From a virus (taxonomy: Duplodnaviria; Heunggongvirae; Uroviricota; Caudoviricetes), in the IMG/VR virus record IMGVR_UViG_3300043447_000086: a stretch of DNA of 64,000 nucleotides. One strand, 5' to 3'. Of this stretch, positions 27,900-35,843 are shown one piece after another. Both the position numbers and the translations under genes were made by a program. The notes beneath the pieces are model-generated. The model ran no database searches. It saw only the letters and a program-made list of their open reading frames with translations, and had not been told where the DNA came from. Positions within the stretch are counted from its first letter, which is position 1. Each line of letters opens with the position of its first letter.

Positions 27900-28074
27900 C
27901 TTTATTCACCCAGTCTTCTGCAAAATTCTCGGCGGTTTCCAAGAAATCAAAACTATCAAAACCATTGTAATCATCCTGAGAATCGTAAACTACAACGCCA
28001 TAGTCGCCATTCTGGGTTTTATAGATTCTAGCGTTACGTGTACCCTCTTGATATTCACTCAAAATTTTCATCAT
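27886..28074 (-). CDS. Hypothetical acidic small protein
   Basis: 62 aa ORF. Confidence 0.4.
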   Translation of the reverse strand: MMKILSEYQEGTRNARIYKTQNGDYGVVVYDSQDDYNGFDSFDFLETAENFAEDWVNKDVPI

Positions 28075-28075
28075 A

Positions 28076-28399
28076 TTATTTAAATCCTACTTCTTTTAAG
28101 TTTTCAGGAGTAGCAAAGAATTTTTTTCCTGGATGAACTTTTGCCAAAGCCTTTTCCAATTCTATGCGATTCTTACCTTGTGCTATAAAAGAACTGTCTT
28201 CCTTGTGAAAGACGTAGTACATCTCGCCGTGTTTCTCGATTAGAATATTAACTGAAGGTTCTTCGGAATTACGTTCTAACTCTTCTAAGTTTTCTTCGAG
28301 AAACTTTTCAACATACTTGCGTGCTGCACGTTCACGCATTTCCCATCCACACAAGAAACCTACTGCAAAGACTGCAAAAACTAGAAAGATTTCTTCCAT
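28076..28399 (-). CDS. Hypothetical protein with N-terminal TM helix
   Basis: 107 aa, begins MEEIFLVFAVFAVGFLCGW. Confidence 0.45.
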   Translation of the reverse strand: MEEIFLVFAVFAVGFLCGWEMRERAARKYVEKFLEENLEELERNSEEPSVNILIEKHGEMYYVFHKEDSSFIAQGKNRIELEKALAKVHPGKKFFATPENLKEVGFK

Positions 28400-28406
28400 A
28401 TCAACC

Positions 28407-29357
28407 TCACTTAAATTTACACTGCATCATAATTTCGGTTAGCGCAGCCATAGTATTTAGCTCGTGGTCTGCTACGAACGCAGCTTTGTATTGATAGTCT
28501 GCAAGAATCAAAACCAAATTAGGGATTGTAGAAGGTTCGATCTTCTCGCTAGATGTATCGTACAGCTCTCTGAAAAGTTGAATCGTATCGATATCGGTAT
28601 TCTTACCAACCCACTTACGAACTCCAGGATAGTCACGAGTCTTCATAGCGGTGATCAGAGAGTTATAGGAATCTTCGCTAAGGTTAGCGAGGATACCAGT
28701 ATCAATCTTACCAGAAACGCTGTAACGTTGCAACTCATTCAAAACACGACGCCAGTCAGGAAAGTGTTTTGTGATAAGTTCGGCTACAACTTTAGAATCG
28801 AACTCAACTTGCTCAGCAGTAAGGATATCTACAGCACGACGATAGAATGCAGTAGCAATCTTACCCTTGTCAGCAGTATCAATCTTAAACTCAATCACAG
28901 CACAACGACTGTGGAGCGGTTCAATAATCTTTTGCTTGTAGTTACAGGTGAAGATGAATCGGCAGTTAGCAGAAAACTCTTCCATATAGTTACGCAGTGC
29001 TGGTTGCGTAGAGTTTGCTTGCATATAGTCAGCCTCATCCATAATGATGACTTTCTTAGCGTCAGTCAAGGATACAGAAGTGGCGAAACCTTTAACAAGG
29101 TCACGAAGGGTGTCGATGTGACCACCAGTGTCAGAGCCGTTAAGAACGATATACTCTGCACCAATCTCATTACACAGTGCTTTAGCGATAGTAGTTTTAC
29201 CTACACCAGCAGTACCGCACAGTAGCATATGTGGCAGTTCACCCTGTGCCACATAGTCCTTGAAAGTCTTTTTCAGACGCTCAGGGAGAATACAATCATC
29301 AATAGTCTGAGGGCGATACTTCTCAACCCACAGAAACTGTCCATCACGAATATCCAT
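28407..29357 (-). CDS. 44: Clamp-loader large subunit (gp44-like, RFC/AAA+)
   Basis: 316 aa with Walker A LLCGTAGVGKTT, DEAD-like IIMDEADYM and the SRC motif LHSRCAVIEF. Confidence 0.9.
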   Translation of the reverse strand: MDIRDGQFLWVEKYRPQTIDDCILPERLKKTFKDYVAQGELPHMLLCGTAGVGKTTIAKALCNEIGAEYIVLNGSDTGGHIDTLRDLVKGFATSVSLTDAKKVIIMDEADYMQANSTQPALRNYMEEFSANCRFIFTCNYKQKIIEPLHSRCAVIEFKIDTADKGKIATAFYRRAVDILTAEQVEFDSKVVAELITKHFPDWRRVLNELQRYSVSGKIDTGILANLSEDSYNSLITAMKTRDYPGVRKWVGKNTDIDTIQLFRELYDTSSEKIEPSTIPNLVLILADYQYKAAFVADHELNTMAALTEIMMQCKFK

Positions 29358-29378
29358 AATTACTCCATAATAAAAAAG

Positions 29379-29400
29379 AGAGGGAGATTATACTCCCTCT
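29379..29400 (-). terminator. Intrinsic terminator-like hairpin between genes 45 and 44
   Basis: 8 bp stem AGAGGGAG/CTCCCTCT with a 6 nt loop. On the minus-strand RNA it is followed by CUUUUUUAUUAUGGAG, which leads straight into the gene 44 Shine-Dalgarno and ATG. Confidence 0.5.
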
Positions 29401-29404
29401 TCAA

Positions 29405-30076
29405 TCAAAAGTCAAAGGTGGAATCTGCTTCGACAGCTACATAATAAACCAAGTCACCAGCACCCTTGAAGCGAGAGATCTTCTTGCTAGAGATGCTAAC
29501 GGTATAATCTCCTGGGAGCATTTTAAGGTTTTCTACCTTCAGGTTAACTTTGAAAGTCTTATCGGTAGAACCAACAGGCTCGCTAAACGAGTTGCCAGTT
29601 GCGTTCTTCTTGTCGCCTACAACTGCAGTAATAGTAGAACCATCACCAACGATAGTCAAGTCAGACGCACGTAGAACAGACGAGGTACGCTGAACCATAC
29701 TCAACATAGCGGCGCTAATGTTAAATTGGATTTCTGCATCTGGGAAAGTGATGCTCTTTTGGGGAGCAGTCAGAACAGATGCATCTGCAGCGAAATACTT
29801 GATGCTCATGCTACCTTGTTTGATGGTAACATACTTCTCGCTGAAGTCCAATTCAGGATCTTCAAACAACGACATTGCACCCAAGAACTCATTGAGGTCA
29901 TAGATGCCAAAGTCTGGGAACGTTTCGCTAACAGTTGCGTCAGCCATAACGTTCTTCTGTGCGCTGATTGTAGCCAGCTTATTGCCACTCTTCAAAAGAA
30001 GGTTGCTATTAATGCCAGCGAAGTTCTTAAACAGCCCGACAGTTTCTTTACTAAGTTTCATATTTTCTCCATTCAA
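29405..30076 (-). CDS. 45: Sliding clamp (gp45-like)
   Basis: 223 aa. The N-terminus MKLSKETVGLFKNFAGINSNLLLKSG aligns with T4 gp45 MKLSKDTTALLKNFATINSGIMLKSG. Confidence 0.9.
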   Translation of the reverse strand: MNGENMKLSKETVGLFKNFAGINSNLLLKSGNKLATISAQKNVMADATVSETFPDFGIYDLNEFLGAMSLFEDPELDFSEKYVTIKQGSMSIKYFAADASVLTAPQKSITFPDAEIQFNISAAMLSMVQRTSSVLRASDLTIVGDGSTITAVVGDKKNATGNSFSEPVGSTDKTFKVNLKVENLKMLPGDYTVSISSKKISRFKGAGDLVYYVAVEADSTFDF

Positions 30077-30101
30077 ATGAACACATTACTATGTATAAAA
30101 G

Positions 30102-30130
30102 ATTATACCCGAAACCGAAGTTTCAGGCAA
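30102..30130 (-). promoter_or_regulatory. sigma70-type promoter for gene 45 (TTGCCT-N17-TATAAT); the spacer forms a UUCG-loop hairpin
   Basis: -35 at 30130..30125, -10 at 30107..30102; the predicted start is about 20 nt upstream of the gene 45 ATG. Confidence 0.5.
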
Positions 30131-30137
30131 ATTATTT

Positions 30138-30644
30138 TTAAGAATTTAGAACCTTTGCACATGCGTTCATTACTGAAGCGATTCGCCCAATATCACGCAA
30201 TTGTTCAACAGTGTATCCCATCTTCTTCAATCCATCGTAGTGTGCTTTGACGCAGAAGTGACACTTACCGACGATAGATGCAGCCAGAGAGTACGATTCG
30301 AATCTCTCTTTTGTAGTTCCGCCATGCGTTGCAATCGCATTCATACGCAATTGTGCAGGTAGACCTTTCAGTTGTTCGTCGTCAGCCATCTCAACATATG
30401 GATACCATACATTGTTCTGAGCCATCAGACTTGCAGCAGTCATTGCAGCATTTGCATCTGCAGGATTATCTGCGAGCATAACGCTCAACAGTTTACCATT
30501 ACCTGTTGCTGCCAAAGCAGCAACAGCGCAACCCATAGCCTCATCGGCATCAAGAGTACTACGCAGTAGGACAGCGTCCAAGTTTAGCTTGGTGTCCTTT
30601 GCGTAGTCTGGCAACGCACCTTTTACTGATTCAATAAAACTCAT
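30138..30644 (-). CDS. AhpD-like / carboxymuconolactone decarboxylase family protein
   Basis: 168 aa with a CHFCVKAH (CxxCxxxH) AhpD-type motif. Confidence 0.65.
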   Translation of the reverse strand: MSFIESVKGALPDYAKDTKLNLDAVLLRSTLDADEAMGCAVAALAATGNGKLLSVMLADNPADANAAMTAASLMAQNNVWYPYVEMADDEQLKGLPAQLRMNAIATHGGTTKERFESYSLAASIVGKCHFCVKAHYDGLKKMGYTVEQLRDIGRIASVMNACAKVLNS

Positions 30645-31039
30645 TTCGTTTTCTCCGCTAGTTCTTTATAACCATTATATGTTGGATGAATACCGTCAGC
30701 AGACATTTCCTTGGGGCGATCAATCACTGTGTCACCAAATTCATTAGCAATCTCTCTTACCACTTGACGTTCTTGCGGTTTACGAGTTAATGAAGGTAGT
30801 ATCCAATAGACCTTACCATCAATCTTGCTACGAATAGCGTGTAAGTTATTCGCAGTCATCTTATCCCAATCATTACTACCAAGAGAAATGATGGTCGTCT
30901 TAGCATTCGGCATAGAAGCAAGATGCTTCTTTTTCCAGTCTGTTGAATTGATTCCAGACTTAGCGATAACTGCACACTCCTTACGGAAATGTGCAGTACC
31001 AACAGCAATGGAATCGCCCATCACTAAGCAATCAAGCAT
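30641..31039 (-). CDS. SGNH/GDSL hydrolase-like protein
   Basis: 132 aa with an N-terminal GDSIAVG (GDS block I) and a DGIHP-like block V. Confidence 0.55.
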   Translation of the reverse strand: MLDCLVMGDSIAVGTAHFRKECAVIAKSGINSTDWKKKHLASMPNAKTTIISLGSNDWDKMTANNLHAIRSKIDGKVYWILPSLTRKPQERQVVREIANEFGDTVIDRPKEMSADGIHPTYNGYKELAEKTK

Positions 31040-31581
31040 TACAGAGTCTCACCACCAACAGTGCGGTTGCAAGCGCAAAGTTCGCCAGTCTGCAACGCAT
31101 CAAGGATACGCAGAGTTTCTTCTGGGCTACGACCAACGTTCAAGTTGTTCACAGTAACGTGTTGGATAACGTTCTCTGGGTCAACGATGAATGTAGCACG
31201 GAGTGCTGCGCCAGCAGGATTGTAGAATACACCAAGCTGGTCGATCAGAGACTTATCCCATTCACGCTGAGTGTCAGCGAACTGGATGTGCTTGATCTTA
31301 GCCAGATCAGGGTGGGCTTTCTGCCAAGCTAGTTTACAGAATTCGTTATCTGTAGAACCAGTCAACAGAACCGCATCACGGTCTGCAAAGTCTTGGAACA
31401 ACTTATCGTATGCTACGATTTCTGTAGGACATACAAAAGTAAAGTCCTTAGGGTAGTAAACGATAATCTTCCACTTGCCTTCGAAAGAGGCTTCTGTAAT
31501 ATCAAAGAATTGGTCGCTTCCTGGGTTTACACCAGTAACAACGAACTTCTCGATTTTATCTCCAACTGTCATCATATTCAA
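31039..31581 (-). CDS. Peroxiredoxin (AhpC/TSA family)
   Basis: 180 aa with FTFVCPTE peroxidatic Cys motif and C-terminal CAC resolving-Cys region. Confidence 0.85.
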   Translation of the reverse strand: MNMMTVGDKIEKFVVTGVNPGSDQFFDITEASFEGKWKIIVYYPKDFTFVCPTEIVAYDKLFQDFADRDAVLLTGSTDNEFCKLAWQKAHPDLAKIKHIQFADTQREWDKSLIDQLGVFYNPAGAALRATFIVDPENVIQHVTVNNLNVGRSPEETLRILDALQTGELCACNRTVGGETL

Positions 31582-31598
31582 TTTCCTTTTTGTTAAAA

Positions 31599-32396
31599 TT
31601 ATTTTGGCATCATCAGAGCATTGAAGTTCGCTGGAACAACAATAGTCTGAACCTTACCTTGCTTAATACCTTCGGAGATATTAATCATCGCTTGAGCTTG
31701 CATATAAGCAATAGATTGTGCTCCTTGATTAGAAAGAGCTTGCATACGTTCAGCTTCCATCTTGGCAGTCTTCACTTCCACTTCTTTTTGCTTCAGTTCG
31801 TTCTTAGCACGAACCAAATCATTAGCAGAGGCAACAACAGAGTCAGCTGGCACAACATTACGAATCAACACTTGACCAACCATCAAACTACCGTCGAGCT
31901 TTTCGTCAGCCAATGACTTCTGGATCTGCTCTTTGATAGCGGCTTCCATTGCCTGTCGATTGTCTGCCATATCCAGTGCTTCATACTTACGTGCTTCTTT
32001 GTAGATAGCATTACGAGCAGCCTGTGTGATGTAGTTGTACATCAAGTAGATGTCGCCGTTATGACGAGCATGGAATGCCTGACTCTTAGTTGAGTACAGT
32101 TCAGCAACCTGTGCTTGGTTGATGTTGTAGATAACCACAGCATCAAAGTCTTTCATAGTGCTATTATCTTTAGCCACGGGAGTCATGTCATCAAGTTTGA
32201 CATTAACGTCCTTGATAGGAAATGTCAGCACATCGCCAATCAACACTTGATTAAATGAACCTGGCAGCAGTTCACCGCTTTGCACCTGTTTGTCAAAGCC
32301 AACACGAACACCGACTTCACCAGTTTCGATACGAGTGCAACCAGTAGCAAGAACAGCAGCAACAACCAGAGCAGAAATTTTCAAAACGCTTTTCAT
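31599..32396 (-). CDS. SPFH/band-7 (prohibitin-like) lipoprotein
   Basis: 265 aa. Signal peptide with lipobox LATGC. SPFH core followed by a coiled coil. Confidence 0.65.
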   Translation of the reverse strand: MKSVLKISALVVAAVLATGCTRIETGEVGVRVGFDKQVQSGELLPGSFNQVLIGDVLTFPIKDVNVKLDDMTPVAKDNSTMKDFDAVVIYNINQAQVAELYSTKSQAFHARHNGDIYLMYNYITQAARNAIYKEARKYEALDMADNRQAMEAAIKEQIQKSLADEKLDGSLMVGQVLIRNVVPADSVVASANDLVRAKNELKQKEVEVKTAKMEAERMQALSNQGAQSIAYMQAQAMINISEGIKQGKVQTIVVPANFNALMMPK

Positions 32397-32406
32397 AATT
32401 TATCCT

Positions 32407-32583
32407 TCAAAACAAAATAACAAACACAGTAAGAAAAACCATAGCGAGAGTAGAACATAAAATACTGTAACCAGTAAGTTTAGCTAGACTCCACTTGTCC
32501 TTTAGAGTTAGATTTCTATATCCTTTGATACCGAACCAACAGATACCGAAAGATATTAGAAATGCAAGAAGCATTTTTACCAT
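32407..32583 (-). CDS. Small membrane protein (58 aa, 2 TM)
   Basis: MVKMLLAFLISFGICWFGIK ... ILCSTLAMVFLTVFVILF. Below the ORF-track cutoff. Confidence 0.35.
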   Translation of the reverse strand: MVKMLLAFLISFGICWFGIKGYRNLTLKDKWSLAKLTGYSILCSTLAMVFLTVFVILF

Positions 32584-32831
32584 TACTTTGTAATCTTCTC
32601 GTACAACTCTTCGAATTCTTCGTTCTCAGCAACAGCTTGAGTGAAGTTTTGTTTGTGGTAAGTTTTAGCAATCTTACTAATGGTCTTCTTAGGGATCTGG
32701 AAGGCATCAGAAAGATCCTTCACAGTTTCCTTAATCAAGTCACGCTCACCTTCAATACGAGTCATTGAATTACTAATTTCCACGATAGCTGCGTGGAGTT
32801 TCTTTTTATCTGCATCAGATGACAGTGTCAT
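32583..32831 (-). CDS. Hypothetical protein
   Basis: 82 aa ORF, Lys/Glu rich. Confidence 0.45.
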   Translation of the reverse strand: MTLSSDADKKKLHAAIVEISNSMTRIEGERDLIKETVKDLSDAFQIPKKTISKIAKTYHKQNFTQAVAENEEFEELYEKITK

Positions 32832-33223
32832 TATTGATTACCTTTCACATATTCATTAAATTGTTTCACCAGTCGTTGGTGTTCATCATGGGTGCAATAT
32901 AGAGTCCATTCACGAACTACATCTTTATAAGTCACTTTAGACTCACCTTCACCCTCAGTAGTTACAACAGGATCATGCTGCATATAACCAATCACAGTCT
33001 TTTGATTACCGTTGTCCCACATTCTTTCGATAGAAAAAGCATTGATCTTTTTCCAATCAATAGAATAACTAGCTTTAGAATACTCATCTTCTAGTCGCTT
33101 TTTGTATTCTCCAACAGCATAAGAAAGATTCTTGTTTTCGGTTTCCAGTTCTTTAATACGCTTCAGCGCATCAGCTTGGTTACCGACAACACTGTCATCA
33201 GTAGTTTTTCTCCAAAACAACAT
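32831..33223 (-). CDS. Hypothetical protein
   Basis: 130 aa ORF. Confidence 0.45.
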   Translation of the reverse strand: MLFWRKTTDDSVVGNQADALKRIKELETENKNLSYAVGEYKKRLEDEYSKASYSIDWKKINAFSIERMWDNGNQKTVIGYMQHDPVVTTEGEGESKVTYKDVVREWTLYCTHDEHQRLVKQFNEYVKGNQ

Positions 33224-33224
33224 A

Positions 33225-33557
33225 TTATTCCTTAGAGTATTTCACATCGTGTTCATAAAGAAACATCAGGCAACACATTGCATGCGCCAGATGGTGGATA
33301 CCAGATTCAGGATCCAGTTCTTCACCTGCTTTGTAAGCCCACAGGTGACGTTGTAGTGCATCGAAATAGCGACGTTTGGAATCAGGCACTTGCTTCCAAT
33401 TGTCTGGCTCATATTTCTCTGCACCGAATGTCAGAACCTTTACAGTTTCTGCCAATGCTAGGGGTGGCAGTAAACCATACTGCAGCTTACCACCATCAAA
33501 CTTTCGACCACCAGCGGTGGCTTTTTGGGACGCTTTAACTTCTTCTAGTGTAGCCAT
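33225..33557 (-). CDS. Hypothetical protein (possible all-alpha NTP pyrophosphohydrolase-like)
   Basis: 110 aa with KYEPDNW ... RHLWAY ... HHLAHAMCCLMFLYEHD; the assignment is weak. Confidence 0.4.
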   Translation of the reverse strand: MATLEEVKASQKATAGGRKFDGGKLQYGLLPPLALAETVKVLTFGAEKYEPDNWKQVPDSKRRYFDALQRHLWAYKAGEELDPESGIHHLAHAMCCLMFLYEHDVKYSKE

Positions 33558-33612
33558 CTTTTCTCTCCATTAAACAGGTAATGGGTACTCAGAGAATACC
33601 CATTGGCTGTGA

Positions 33613-33876
33613 TTAACGACGAGCCATAAATGCGTCTGCGCCTAGAACCGCATTAGCGATCTGGACCATACGCTTGCTAGGTGCACCGATCTTGTACTTG
33701 ATGGTGGAAGTGCCATCAGCAAGTTTAGAACGATTAGAATAAATGCAATTACCCTGTGAGCGCAACTGGTGAATTGCATCATGGGGGTTTTTCAAACCAA
33801 AGGATCCGTGGATCTGGCGAGCAGTAACTTCAGCACCAGTCTTCAGGTAGGAAAGCAACTTTGCTTGTCTAGACAT
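33613..33876 (-). CDS. Small winged-helix-like DNA-binding protein
   Basis: Track ORF trimmed. A terminator hairpin (33900..33939) lies inside the annotated N-terminal extension. The ATG at 33876 has a GGAG Shine-Dalgarno, giving 87 aa. Confidence 0.45.
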   Translation of the reverse strand: MSRQAKLLSYLKTGAEVTARQIHGSFGLKNPHDAIHQLRSQGNCIYSNRSKLADGTSTIKYKIGAPSKRMVQIANAVLGADAFMARR

Positions 33877-33899
33877 AAATTTCTCCATTATAAAACCAT

Positions 33900-33939
33900 C
33901 AAACGAAAAAGAGCCGATGAGGGGATGGCGTCCCTCATC
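33900..33939 (-). terminator. Intrinsic terminator after the AKP-repeat gene
   Basis: Stem GATGAGGG/CCCTCATC with an 8 nt loop, then UCUUUUUCGUUUGAUGGUUUU on the minus-strand RNA. Confidence 0.55.
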
Positions 33940-33959
33940 AGCCAGTTGAAACAAGTCAA

Positions 33960-34445
33960 TTAGACTTCGATGCCATTCTCACGCAGGATCTGATTGAAAT
34001 CTTCGACTTCATCGTCCATGGAGATGGATTCATCAATAACTTTCTGGAGGCGAGTGCCTTCCAGAGTCTTCTCTGCTTTGGGAGCAGGTGCAGCCTTTGC
34101 TGTCTTCACTTTAACAACTTTGGCTGCGGTAGCCTTAGCTGCTTTTGCAGTAGCCTTGGGAGCAGCTTTAGCAGCAACTTCCTTGGTGAATGCAGTCATT
34201 TCGGTTGCGTTAGGCACGGGTACTTGGTACACGCCACGCTCAACCTTGTTCTTGTTGAACAGCCAGTTAGGATAACCAATCTTCTCACCCTTAACACCAG
34301 TGCGTTGGTCACGCATCTCGTAATAGAATGCAGCGCATTCCTTCAGGGTAATTTGAGGGGTCTTCTTGTACTGGGGATTAGCTTCCAAAAGAGCCACAAC
34401 GAAACGCTTTTGAGACAGAGTCAGATCAGCAAACTTCAACATACT
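33960..34445 (-). CDS. Histone H1-like Ala/Lys/Pro-repeat DNA-binding protein
   Basis: Start trimmed to the ATG at 34445 (AAGGA Shine-Dalgarno); 161 aa. The central AAKAAPKATAKAAKATAAKVVKVKTAKAAPAPKAEK tract is H1/AlgP-like. Confidence 0.5.
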   Translation of the reverse strand, partial: SMLKFADLTLSQKRFVVALLEANPQYKKTPQITLKECAAFYYEMRDQRTGVKGEKIGYPNWLFNKNKVERGVYQVPVPNATEMTAFTKEVAAKAAPKATAKAAKATAAKVVKVKTAKAAPAPKAEKTLEGTRLQKVIDESISMDDEVEDFNQILRENGIEV

Positions 34446-34482
34446 ATATTTCCTTTCGGGGTTTTTCAACGATTCAGAGACT

Positions 34483-34513
34483 ATATTATACACCAACTTG
34501 CACTAAAAGTCAA
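34483..34513 (-). promoter_or_regulatory. sigma70-type early promoter (TTGACT ... TATAAT, spacer about 19 nt) in the cassette downstream of cobS
   Basis: -35 at 34513..34508, -10 at 34488..34483; preceded by a hairpin at 34525..34549 and the palindrome at 34551..34566. Confidence 0.4.
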
Positions 34514-34565
34514 CACTTTTTTGCAATCCCCTACAACTTGTAAGGGATTACTAAAGTATTACTTT

Positions 34566-35726
34566 TTAGAACGGAATTTCCTCAGAAGGAGAGGGAGTCG
34601 GCGCTTCCACTACAGGCGGTGCTTCGGGAGCAGGGTTTGCAATGTTATCGTACAACTTCAGGAAGGCATCCTTAGTTGCAGAATCGAAACGATTGCAGCA
34701 CAGTTCCACAGCCTTCTCACGCTTCTTAAAGATAGCAAAGGCACGAACGATGTGAATCATACGACGAGTCGTAATCGTCTCATCTACACCACCATCTTCG
34801 AATGTGCGACGAATTGCATCAGCCCACTTAACGAGAGTCTCTGCAAATTCTTCATCCGCACAACCGTAAGATTCCATAAGATTCTGAACAATCTTAACTT
34901 CAACCTTAGCTGAAGGATACTCTTGTTCGAAGGTTACAGCGAATCGCTCCAAGAACGCTTCGTTCAGCACGTTAGTACCCATGTAGCGACCATCGTCTGA
35001 ACCCTTACCCTTAGTGTTGGCAGTGGCGCAGATATTGAAACCCTTGGCAGGAATGATCATCTCATTCTTCAGCTTAAAGTAGTAGGGTTTACCTTCGAGA
35101 ATCGGCTGCAAGCACAACAGAGTGTTGGCAGAGCCAGCGTCAATTTCGTCAAGCAGCAGAGTAGTACCAGTGCGCATAGCAATCAGCACTGGACCTTCTA
35201 CAACTTCTACGTTTCCATTCTGGAGAGTCTTAGAACCGATGAGTTGTTCCTCATCAGTCATCATGTTAAGGTTAACACGAATTAGGGGGCGGTTGTGCTT
35301 GGCACAAATCTGTTCGACCATCGTGGACTTACCGTTACCAGTTGGACCACTGATGTATGCGGGATAGAAGATACCCGACTTGATGATGTTCTCCAAATCA
35401 GTGAAGTTACCGAAGGGAACAAAGTTAGGATCTTTGACTGGAATGAGTGATTCTACATTAGTGTAGTCAACGATATATGATTCCACAGGTTCATCTTTCA
35501 ATGCGGTATTGCCATCAACAGGTGCAGTCTTGCCACCATCAATGGCGTAAATACCACGACCAACTTTATTCTTCATCAACCAAAGAGGATACTTCTCAGT
35601 CTTCAGTTTCGTCATCACATCAATCAGTTGTGGGCGAGTAACCTGCCCAGATGACTGGGTATCAGGATACATCTCGGCAAGTTTTGCCTCAAACGTAGCA
35701 CGGAAAGCATCATCAACCTTACTCAT
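34566..35726 (-). CDS. cobS: CobS/MoxR-like AAA+ ATPase
   Basis: Start trimmed to the second ATG (GGAG Shine-Dalgarno). Walker A SGPTGNGKST and Walker B LLLDEID. Paired with a downstream vWA protein, as in cobS/cobT modules. Confidence 0.7.
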   Translation of the reverse strand: MSKVDDAFRATFEAKLAEMYPDTQSSGQVTRPQLIDVMTKLKTEKYPLWLMKNKVGRGIYAIDGGKTAPVDGNTALKDEPVESYIVDYTNVESLIPVKDPNFVPFGNFTDLENIIKSGIFYPAYISGPTGNGKSTMVEQICAKHNRPLIRVNLNMMTDEEQLIGSKTLQNGNVEVVEGPVLIAMRTGTTLLLDEIDAGSANTLLCLQPILEGKPYYFKLKNEMIIPAKGFNICATANTKGKGSDDGRYMGTNVLNEAFLERFAVTFEQEYPSAKVEVKIVQNLMESYGCADEEFAETLVKWADAIRRTFEDGGVDETITTRRMIHIVRAFAIFKKREKAVELCCNRFDSATKDAFLKLYDNIANPAPEAPPVVEAPTPSPSEEIPF

Positions 35727-35756
35727 AACAAAATCTCCATTCACATCAATAAAATA

Positions 35757-35784
35757 ATTATACTACAACTAGCCAAAAAGTCAA
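35757..35784 (-). promoter_or_regulatory. sigma70-type early promoter for cobS (TTGACT-N16-TATAAT)
   Basis: -35 at 35784..35779, -10 at 35762..35757; an 11 bp hairpin (35797..35823) lies just upstream. Confidence 0.5.
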
Positions 35785-35843
35785 CATCTTTTTGGAAATA
35801 ACCCCACAAAAAGTAGGGTTATTTTCCCTGTAGTATCAACAAC

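Noticed and set aside
28464-29225. 253 aa plus-strand ORF. Similar long plus-strand ORFs lie at 38160..38894, 39068..39991, 41282..42340, 40025..40438 and elsewhere.
   Set aside because: They lie antisense to well-supported minus-strand genes (gp44, rIIB, rIIA, NadV). They have low-complexity or unusual composition and lack a Shine-Dalgarno or promoter context. Every credible gene in the window is minus-strand, so these are shadow ORFs.
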